This document shows positions 56,414-64,000 of a DNA stretch of 64,000 nucleotides, in pieces (the first letter of the stretch is position 1; each line of letters begins with the position of its first letter). This DNA is from a bacterium (GTDB lineage: Bacteria > Vulcanimicrobiota > JABDET01), in contig JAKAVV010000001.1 of NCBI GenBank assembly GCA_021817145.1, positions 151,279 to 215,278 on the forward strand. Reading direction: 5' to 3'. The notes below the pieces were generated by a model. It made no database searches and was not told where the DNA came from. It saw only the letters and a list, made by a program, of their open reading frames with translations. The translations under genes were made by a program, and so were the position numbers.

Positions 56414-57760
56414 TCATCTCCTCATTTTTGGATCAAAAGCGTCTCTGAGTCCATCACCTAAAAGATTAAAGGCTAAAACTGTAAGAATAATAAAGAATCC
56501 TGGCAGCAGAATCCATGGATAATGGATCAAAGCAATGACATTTTGCGCTTCTGTCAGCATATTTCCCCAACTGGCTTTAGGCTGCTGAATTCCCAGATCC
56601 AGAAAACTTAAAAAAGCTTCCAGCAAAATATAATTTGGGATGCTGAGTGTCATTAAAACGATAATTTGGGAAAAAGTGTTTGGAATAATATGGCGGATAA
56701 TTGTTCTAAGATTGCTGCAGCCAATCCCTTCTGCTGCCATGACATATTCTCTTTCCCGCAGTGAAAGCACCATCCCTCGAACAATTCGGGCAATAAAGGG
56801 CCAGCTGATAAAAGAAATGATAAAAATAATCATAAAATAGACATCTACAGAGGAGATATTCTCAGGAATCACAGCCCGTAAAGCTAAAAGCAGATACAAA
56901 GAGGGGATTGTCATCAGCATTTCTCCGAATCTCTGGATCCAGTTGTCAATATCTATCGCTGGTTTTAACCAGCTTTTATTTCCTGACAAAAACCCTCCAA
57001 TGGTTAGCAGAATCCTTGCGGCTAAAGCGATCGCAGCACCTGTTAATGCGCCATTTCGCAAGTACAGCATGGATTCATGATGTTTGATACCTGTATAAAG
57101 CCCGATTCCTGATCCCAATAAAAGAAGAGAAATCTCCCACCAGATCCCCAGTTTAATTGGTTTCCCAGCATAAAATCCCGATATTCCTCCGATTAACATT
57201 CCAAAACTGTAGCTGATTAAGACCCCGAATAGTCCTATTGTTAATGAGATTCGAGATCCATATAAAATTCGCGAAAAAATATCTCTCCCTAGTCTGCCGC
57301 TGCCTAAAAGGTAAATTCGAGCTGGTGGGCTGACCCCAAAAAGCCTCATTTTCATAGGAATAAATCCAAGAAGATAATGTGTTTTTGCTTGAGGCATCGT
57401 ATAAAAGAAATGAATGGGATACCGTTTTGATGTGATGGCCACGTATTTGTTAGAAAAAGGGGGAGTTTCGATATAATTATAAATAAAAGGATCAAGATGA
57501 AATTTCCCCTGTTGATCAAAGAAGTGTATCGCGACAGGAGGCATATAAGGTTTGCGGTGATCCGCAAAAGTCTGAGGATAAGGAGCAATAAAATCTGCAA
57601 AAATCATTAGAAAATAAAGAACGACTAAAATCCAGAAACCCGCTAACGCCAATTTATTTTTTTTCAACTGACGAAACGCGATCTGCCATTCAGATTTAGG
57701 TTTAGTTTCTTTAATAACCTCGATCTTTAATTTCTGATTTTCTATGGGTTGAACCGCCAT
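56414..57760 (-). CDS. oppC: Oligopeptide ABC permease with extra TM insertion
   Basis: GRDIFSRILYGSRISL, EAA loop, LSFL.LG and GDGLRDAFDP. Confidence 0.9.
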   Translation of the reverse strand: MAVQPIENQKLKIEVIKETKPKSEWQIAFRQLKKNKLALAGFWILVVLYFLMIFADFIAPYPQTFADHRKPYMPPVAIHFFDQQGKFHLDPFIYNYIETPPFSNKYVAITSKRYPIHFFYTMPQAKTHYLLGFIPMKMRLFGVSPPARIYLLGSGRLGRDIFSRILYGSRISLTIGLFGVLISYSFGMLIGGISGFYAGKPIKLGIWWEISLLLLGSGIGLYTGIKHHESMLYLRNGALTGAAIALAARILLTIGGFLSGNKSWLKPAIDIDNWIQRFGEMLMTIPSLYLLLALRAVIPENISSVDVYFMIIFIISFISWPFIARIVRGMVLSLREREYVMAAEGIGCSNLRTIIRHIIPNTFSQIIVLMTLSIPNYILLEAFLSFLDLGIQQPKASWGNMLTEAQNVIALIHYPWILLPGFFIILTVLAFNLLGDGLRDAFDPKMRR

Positions 57761-57767
57761 TTACATT

Positions 57768-59030
57768 TTAACTCCCGTATCGAATTCTTGGGTCTGACCA
57801 GGCAAGCAGAATATCTCCAATAAGATTTCCGATAATGAGAAAAAGCCCTGAAATCATGACATCCCCCATGACCAGGTATAAATCTTTTTCCAGGATTGCT
57901 CTATAAATTAAATATCCGAGGCCAGGCCAATTCATTACAATTTCAATGGTTAAGATTCCAGAGATTAAACTTCCTAACTGAAACCCAAAAAGAGTGATGA
58001 TCGGGTTTAAGGCATTTCTAAAAACATGTTTGAAAATGACATTTTTTTCGGTGACCCCTTTTGCTCGGGCTGTTGTCACATATTCGGCTCTAAGAACTTC
58101 AAGGGTGCTTGCTCTCATTTGCCTTAACATATAGGCAACACTGACAACAGATTCTACAAGAGTTGGAAGAGCTAAATGGCGGAGCAGATCTAAGAATTTA
58201 CCCCAGGGGGAAAGAAAATAATAATCAGGGGAGGTGGCTCCTCCAATTGGAAAGTTCGCTTTTTGAAAGAGATAATAAACTCCTAAAAGGATGGAAAAAG
58301 AGAGGATCCCTGTTAAAATGCTTCCACCCAGGAATCTGAATATGTTTTCTGTCCACTGCCTCCATTTTTCTTTTTTGCCAGGTTGATGCTGGAGTGAAAA
58401 AAATCCTCCTAAAACCGCGATGACGAGGGAGATAATTTCAAGGATAGGGATCGCGTCATGAAAAGGGAAAAGTTTGGCTCGAGCCGCTAAAAAAAGAACG
58501 AGAAGAGCAAGAAAAAAATCAGGGATTGCATACCCTATATAGGAATAAAAAATGGTTGCTTGATCAAAATATTTTCCCTGCTTAACAGCGGAAAGGGTGC
58601 CTAAGGGGAGAGCAATAGCCCAACTGACAATGGTGATCGCTATGGCTAAAACTAAAGTATTAATCATGGGATGCCATAAAACTTTTGCGATAGGTTCTCT
58701 ATAAGCGAAAGAGATTCCAAAATTAAAAGCTCTCCAGGAGTGGATATTCCATGTCCACCAGTAATGCAAATTCCACCAGTTGTATTTTTTCCAATGCTGA
58801 GGATGAGGCAGAATCCCTCTAATCCAGCGGTAATACTGCACATACCAGGGTTTGTTCAATCCGAATTGGCGTTCCATTTCATGCAGCACGCGCTTTGTAA
58901 TATGAGGGTTTAATTTAAGAATATCCAGATAATTTCCAGGGGCTAACTGCATAATTAAAAAAGAGATAAAAGAAATACCGAACAGTAATATGACCATACT
59001 GATCATTCTTTTTACAATGTATCGTATCAT
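57768..59030 (-). CDS. oppB: Oligopeptide ABC permease with extra TM insertion
   Basis: GLNKPWYVQY, TARAKG, NWPGLG and DPRIRY. Confidence 0.9.
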   Translation of the reverse strand: MIRYIVKRMISMVILLFGISFISFLIMQLAPGNYLDILKLNPHITKRVLHEMERQFGLNKPWYVQYYRWIRGILPHPQHWKKYNWWNLHYWWTWNIHSWRAFNFGISFAYREPIAKVLWHPMINTLVLAIAITIVSWAIALPLGTLSAVKQGKYFDQATIFYSYIGYAIPDFFLALLVLFLAARAKLFPFHDAIPILEIISLVIAVLGGFFSLQHQPGKKEKWRQWTENIFRFLGGSILTGILSFSILLGVYYLFQKANFPIGGATSPDYYFLSPWGKFLDLLRHLALPTLVESVVSVAYMLRQMRASTLEVLRAEYVTTARAKGVTEKNVIFKHVFRNALNPIITLFGFQLGSLISGILTIEIVMNWPGLGYLIYRAILEKDLYLVMGDVMISGLFLIIGNLIGDILLAWSDPRIRYGS

Positions 59031-60862
59031 CTGCCGCGCTTTATATAGGCTTGAGCCATGAGCATATCATCTGTCGAATTATAAGTTAAATACTCTCCAA
59101 TAACCGTTGGATCCGCGTTCCCAACGTTGTTTTTAAATGCAAAGAGTTGATCTCTTACCGGTAAAAGAATTTGGGGAACCTCAGTATATAAGATTTGTTC
59201 CAGTTTGTCATAGATTTTCTTTCTCTTTTTTATGTTATAAGTGCCGATTCCTTCATTTGCCAGTTTGTCAATTTCAGCTTCCCAGCGGGTTGCTGGTTTT
59301 TTCTGCATAGGATACCACTGGTGGTCTTCAGCATTGGAAAGCCAAAAATCATCGTTTTCAGATGGTTCAATATCCCCTGATCCGATCCAGCCGAGCAGAA
59401 TGGCTTCATAATCAAAATTACTGTCGAGTTTTGTGATTAAGGTGTTGAAATCAATGGAATGGAAATGGACTTTGATCCCCATTTTTGCCAATTCACTTTG
59501 GAAAAGTTCCCCTTTTAGAAGCCGGATCGTATTCCCTGAGTTTGTTAAAAGGGTAAATTCAACCCGATTCCCATACTGGTCATACATTTTTCCGTTCTTC
59601 CAGTGAAATCCGGCTTCTTTAAAAAGTTCTCTAGCTTTTTTCGGATCGTAATGATAAACAGGAACATTGGGATCGTACCAGGGGGATCCTGGAGAAAAAT
59701 CTTCAATATCATTATATCCCAATCCATTATAAACCAGTTTGATCATGGTTTTGCGATCAATGGAATAAGCGATCCCTTGTCTGAAAAGTTCATTGGTGAA
59801 CCAGCGGTACTTCACTTTGCTTAAAAATTTAGAATGAGGATTTTCATTGAATATGACGATGGATTGTTCATCCCCTGGTCCCATGTTTAGAATATGATAA
59901 TCCCCCCTTTTTTCTCCTGCTTTTAAATCATTGTAAAACTTAGGAGGAAATACAGGGAAAGCATCAATATCCCCTGAAATGAATTTTAAAAACCAGGTAT
60001 TGTAATCCCGAACATAAGTAATCACAATGTGATTTAGATAAGGAAGCCTCTGCCCTTTTATATCTTTAGCGTAAAAATAAGGGTTTCGGGTTAAAATCAA
60101 TCTTTCTTGGGGGTCGTACTCTTGAATTTCATAAGCTCCTGAAACAATGATTTTGTCAGGGGGGGTGCTTACTCCATAAACCGATTCAAACTCGTGATCT
60201 CGATACGCTTTTTCAAGAGACTTTTTTGAAACAATAGGCATGGACCCATCAGCAAAAAGAAAAGCGCTGTCAGGACCGGGGAGAATAAAACGGACAGTGG
60301 TTGGATTCACTTCTTCAACTTGAATGGGTTTTCCATTAACGAATAAATAAGAGGAGGAGAGATTAGGAACATTGGGATCCTCCATGACTTTATAAGAAAA
60401 AACCACATCTGCTGCTGTTAGTGGTTTCCCATTAGACCATTTCAGCCCTTTTCTTAAATAAAAAGTCCAGATGAGTTTATTTTTAGAATGAGTCCATTTG
60501 TAAGCCAGCCCTGAGACGATTTTATTGGTTTTGTAATTGTAGTCAATCAAACCTGAAAAAAGCTGGCTTGCCAGTTCAGCGCTTGTGGCATCATCAGCTG
60601 TAATTGGATTAAACGTTTGGGGTCCTGTGCCAAAATCGGCAAGGCTTAAAGTTCCGCCGTAATATCCTGGTTTGCAGCGGGTGATAATTCTCCAGGGTTT
60701 GACATGAATATTGGCAAAGGGTGGAGGAGCGTAAGATTTAGCTGCTGATAAAGCAGAACACCCTGAGAGAGAAAAAAGAGGAAAAAGGATGAGTAAAATT
60801 CCACAGATAATCGTTCGGACAGACAGAAAGAGTTTTCGTAAGCGCTTGGGGATTATATTCAT
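59027..60862 (-). CDS. oppA: Family 5 ABC substrate-binding lipoprotein
   Basis: Lipobox LSGC, LRKGLKWSNGKPLTAADVVFS and RNPYF. Confidence 0.9.
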   Translation of the reverse strand: MNIIPKRLRKLFLSVRTIICGILLILFPLFSLSGCSALSAAKSYAPPPFANIHVKPWRIITRCKPGYYGGTLSLADFGTGPQTFNPITADDATSAELASQLFSGLIDYNYKTNKIVSGLAYKWTHSKNKLIWTFYLRKGLKWSNGKPLTAADVVFSYKVMEDPNVPNLSSSYLFVNGKPIQVEEVNPTTVRFILPGPDSAFLFADGSMPIVSKKSLEKAYRDHEFESVYGVSTPPDKIIVSGAYEIQEYDPQERLILTRNPYFYAKDIKGQRLPYLNHIVITYVRDYNTWFLKFISGDIDAFPVFPPKFYNDLKAGEKRGDYHILNMGPGDEQSIVIFNENPHSKFLSKVKYRWFTNELFRQGIAYSIDRKTMIKLVYNGLGYNDIEDFSPGSPWYDPNVPVYHYDPKKARELFKEAGFHWKNGKMYDQYGNRVEFTLLTNSGNTIRLLKGELFQSELAKMGIKVHFHSIDFNTLITKLDSNFDYEAILLGWIGSGDIEPSENDDFWLSNAEDHQWYPMQKKPATRWEAEIDKLANEGIGTYNIKKRKKIYDKLEQILYTEVPQILLPVRDQLFAFKNNVGNADPTVIGEYLTYNSTDDMLMAQAYIKRGR

Positions 60863-60874
60863 AAGCTGCTGAGG

Positions 60875-61123
60875 TTAATATTTAAGAATCACAATGATCG
60901 TAGAGAGGATTAAAAAGCTCCATGCAAGCCAAGCTGTAATCCGAGCAATTTGGTCATCCATGGTTTTTTTGCGAAGATAAGGAGCAGCTTCGATTTTACC
61001 TCCGACCAATCCAATTCCTGACATTCCTTCATTTTTGCTGGTTTGCGAAGTAACCGCGATAATCAGGGCTAAAGCAATAATAAAGTAAACCGCTAACAAA
61101 ATATCCATTAAAATTGCTGGCAT
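60875..61123 (-). CDS. secG: Preprotein translocase subunit SecG
   Basis: Two TM helices separated by a Q..K..G.SG-rich loop; AGGAGG RBS. Confidence 0.82.
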   Translation of the reverse strand: MPAILMDILLAVYFIIALALIIAVTSQTSKNEGMSGIGLVGGKIEAAPYLRKKTMDDQIARITAWLAWSFLILSTIIVILKY

Positions 61124-61238
61124 GAATACCTCCTGTTTTTCATGAATAAATTACCTTTTGTCTTTCTCATTCAAATCTTCTTATCTCGACCAATAAATGA
61201 ACTCTTTACTAGATTTCGCTTTTCAAAAGTTCTTCCCT

Positions 61239-61928
61239 TCACTGAATCAATGGATGGATATTTTTTTGAAACTTTTCTGCTGCCTCAATTCCTTTTTTTG
61301 CCTCGGACTGAGAGGGTTCACCATGTGGCAGCAGCCCTTGTTCATTAGGGTATCTCCCTCTGTAAACACTATTTAAGAAAATGATTTCGTCCATGTCAAG
61401 GTTTATACTCCACCCCAGTTTATTTACTTTTTCTAACAGTTCAACAAGGTCATGAGTCCTCTGCGGAGCCTTTCCTTTTTCCAAAATCAATGCTTTTAAA
61501 CCCTTTTCAACTGACTGCTGGGCATGATAACAGGAAGCCCGATATTTTGCATGCTCATATAAAATCGCGGCTGCTTCCAGTTCTTCCTGCGCGTCTTTTA
61601 GACAGTTCTCTGTCTCTTTGCGCATGTAAAGCACCTTGCCTTTCTCTAAAATTTCTTCTATAAATGGACTTCCCATTGAGAATAATCTTCGAATTTCGGT
61701 GGGAGTATAAACCAGAAGGTCAAGAGGGATTGTTCGTGGAGAGAGAAGAGTCTCGACCTCTATGATGCGATCAATAAACCCTTTGGAAGTGCGCTTAATA
61801 ATAAGAAGATCAATGTCTCTTCCTTTTCGAACTCCTGCTTTTGCCGTAGAGCCGTACAGGATGATTCGATCAGGTTTGTAAGAATAAGTCAGTTTTTGCA
61901 CAACTTCTTTCAAGGTTGTGAATTTCAC
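61239..61928 (-). CDS. Fused minimal nucleotidyltransferase (MNT)-HEPN protein
   Basis: GS-X10-DID (YGSTAKAGVRKGRDID) and DLLVYTP, continuing in frame into HAQQSVEKGLKA...RTHDL...RYP; GTG start at 61928 is uncertain. Confidence 0.85.
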   Translation of the reverse strand: MKFTTLKEVVQKLTYSYKPDRIILYGSTAKAGVRKGRDIDLLIIKRTSKGFIDRIIEVETLLSPRTIPLDLLVYTPTEIRRLFSMGSPFIEEILEKGKVLYMRKETENCLKDAQEELEAAAILYEHAKYRASCYHAQQSVEKGLKALILEKGKAPQRTHDLVELLEKVNKLGWSINLDMDEIIFLNSVYRGRYPNEQGLLPHGEPSQSEAKKGIEAAEKFQKNIHPLIQ

Positions 61929-61976
61929 CCTTAAAGCTTCTTTTTCTCCTGCGCCCTTCCTGTATAATATCCATAT

Positions 61977-63698
61977 ACCATTGCTAAACTGAATGAGGCC
62001 GGCCTCTTGTTTTTGGTGATGGAGAAATTCAAAAATATTGACCTTCACCCGGAAAAAGTGGACAATTACACGATGGGAACCATTTTTGAGGAGCTGATTC
62101 GAAAATTTAATGAAGCCCTTGACGAGAATCCAGGTGAACATTTTACACCGCGCGATGTGGTTCACTTGATGGCTGGTCTCCTTACTGCCGGGGATGAGAA
62201 GCATCTCAGAAAAGAGGGTATTGCTCTTACGATTTGCGATCCTTGCTGTGGAACCGGTGGGATGTTGACTATCACAAAGGAGCGCATTCTTGGAGATGGC
62301 GTGCCTGGCATCAACCCGAAAGCCACGATTCATCTTTTTGGCCAGGAAGTCAACCCGGAAACTTTTGCTGTCTGCAAATCCGATTTGTTTATCAAGGATC
62401 CCACAGGTCATGACGCAGACAACATTGCTTTTGGAAGCACGCTTTCAAATGACAAGCACCGAGGCATTCGCTTTGATTACCTGATTGCCAATCCACCCTA
62501 TGGGAAAGAATGGAAACGAGATGAAGAAGCGGTAAAAGCTGAGCACGAGCGGGGTTCTGCAGGGCGGTTTGGCGCCGGACTTCCTCGCATCAGCGATGGA
62601 CAGCTTCTTTTTTTGCAGCACATGCTCTCCCACATGAATTCGACAGAAAAAGGTGGATCTCGGGTAGCTATTATCATGAACGGCTCCCCGCTTTTTACAG
62701 GAGATGCAGGGAGCGGAGAAAGCGAAATTCGTCGGTGGATTTTGGAGAATGACTGGCTGGAAGCGCTTATTGCTATGCCTGAGCAGCTTTTTTACAATAC
62801 CGGAATTGCAACTTACGTGTGGGTTTTGACCAACCGTAAAGCTCCGGAAAGACGCGGCAAAGTGCAGCTGATCAATGCTTTGACCTTCTGGATCCAGATG
62901 CGCAGGAGCCTTGGAGACAAAAGAAGGGAAATTCCAGAAGAGAAAAGATTGGAAATTATAAGAATCCTGAAGGAATTCCGTGAAGGGGAGTACTGCAAAA
63001 TTTTCCCCACCACTTTCTTCGGCTATCGGAAAATCACGGTGGATCGCCCTCTGCGCCTTAATTTCCAAGCCTGCCCGGAGCGAATAGCCCGACTGCAAGA
63101 ACAAAGCGCATTTAAAAACCTTTCAGAAAGCAAGAAGAAAAACCCGAAGGAGCGGGAAAAAGAGGTGGCTGAAGGGCGCAAACTGCAAGAAGTTATCCGC
63201 TCCATGCTTGAGCTTATTCCGCAAACCCTCTTTAAGAGCCGCGATGAGTTTTTGGAAGCGGCTGCCAAAGCCGAAAAGCGAAGCGGGATGAAGCTGACAG
63301 CGCCTCTTCGCAAAGCTGTTGTATCCGCTCTTTCAGAAAGAGATGAAACTGCCGAGGTCTGCCGTGATGCCGATGGGAGACCTGAACCTGACCCCGAGCT
63401 GCGCGACACCGAGAATGTCCCTTTGTCGGAAAGCATCGAAACATTTTTCGAACGTGAAGTCAAGCCCCATGTTCCTGATGCCTGGATTGACACCTCCAAA
63501 CGCGATCCCAAGGATGGTCAGGTAGGAGTCGTAGGGTATGAAATCAATTTTAACCGTTATTTTTATAAGTATGTTCCTCCACGACCGCTTGAGGAAATTG
63601 AAGCGGACCTGCGGGAAGTCGAGGGGGAAATCGCCCGGATGCTGGCAGAAGTGGCTGCTGATCGCCGGAAGCTCGCGTCTCCACAGCATGAGACTTAA
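61977..63698 (+). pseudogene. hsdM: Type I restriction-modification methyltransferase HsdM, 5'-truncated
   Basis: GEHFTPRDVV, DPCCGTGGML, GQE, NPPY and FYNTGI are intact. HsdM-like sequence begins abruptly at TIAKLNEAGLL after an in-frame TAA (61965). The region is visibly more GC-rich. Confidence 0.8.
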
Positions 63699-63714
63699 GA
63701 TATCAATTGACACA

Positions 63715-63756
63715 AAATGTCGGCACTTGACTATATATGCCGACATTTGATACAAT
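63715..63756 (+). promoter_or_regulatory. Promoter with 11-bp inverted-repeat operator for the AbiEi-like gene
   Basis: AAATGTCGGCA-N12-TGCCGACATTT flanking TTGACT (-35); TGaTACAAT extended -10 ends 6 nt before the ATG at 63763. Confidence 0.75.
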
Positions 63757-63762
63757 AGAACC

Positions 63763-64000
63763 ATGGCAGAGAGAACCCTAATCCACGAAAAGCTAAAAGA
63801 GGCTGGAGTTGGGGCATTTTTTCGACCACGAGATATCGAGACTCTTGGTTTTTCTTTCAGGGATCTTAAACGTCTTGTTGACGCTAGAAAGGTGGAGAAA
63901 ATTACAGCTGGCCTTTATCGGCTCAGATCGGTAAAACCTAATGAGTTTGAAACCCTTGCCATGACAGCAGTTATATTTCGAAATGGGATTGTTTGCCTCC
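63763..64000 (+). CDS. Type IV toxin-antitoxin AbiEi-family antitoxin, 3'-partial
   Basis: Not in the ORF track. Translates as MAERTLIHEKLKEAGVGAFFRPRDIETLG...KVEKITAGLYRL...GIVCL, a wHTH with GxYxL and GxxCL motifs. Confidence 0.8.
   Translation, partial: MAERTLIHEKLKEAGVGAFFRPRDIETLGFSFRDLKRLVDARKVEKITAGLYRLRSVKPNEFETLAMTAVIFRNGIVCL

Noticed and set aside
60862-61239. tRNA or integration site near secG
   Set aside because: No cloverleaf, TTCGA T-loop or att-like direct repeat seen, and no integrase in the window.
61929-62411. N-terminal 161 aa of the 390-aa minus-strand ORF
   Set aside because: Mostly the antisense shadow of hsdM; MNT similarity starts only near 61928.
62445-63764. Several long antisense ORFs (219, 162 and 143 aa)
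   Set aside because: Shadow frames of the GC-richer hsdM with no recognisable motifs.

Overview
This is an AT-rich bacterial chromosomal segment, mostly housekeeping and envelope genes. It contains serS, argF, prmC-tsaC-ywlE-rpiB-upp, a pilB-pilT-pilC-pilC type IV pilus cluster, plsX-recG-rsmD, mlaEFD-hpnN-hpnK-coaBC-coaX, a MoxR/DUF58/VWA cluster, degP and secG-oppABCDF-puuD-guaA. Firmicutes-like gene order and a SigB/F-type sigma factor occur together with outer-membrane beta-barrels and Mla/hopanoid transport, which suggests a diderm Terrabacteria lineage (e.g. Ca. Eremiobacterota; inference only). Highlights: (1) a tightly coupled cassette at the left edge encoding a divergent small alarmone synthetase, an unknown protein and a small alarmone hydrolase, with an in-frame stop near the likely original synthetase start; (2) a decaheme MtrA/DmsE-type cytochrome plus an enlarged MtrB-like porin behind a near-consensus CRP box; (3) an orphan RRE-radical SAM-SPASM enzyme in an apparent operon with a receiver protein, a degenerate PilT and serS; (4) unannotated small elements: a 23-aa membrane peptide between the two pilC genes, CAGGGATG hairpin repeats before plsX and a PIN-toxin remnant; (5) a defence/TA patch at the right edge with a fused MNT-HEPN gene, a 5'-truncated hsdM and an AbiEi antitoxin with its operator. 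I saw no tRNA, rRNA, CRISPR array or intact mobile element. All calls come from motif recognition by eye; no searches were run.
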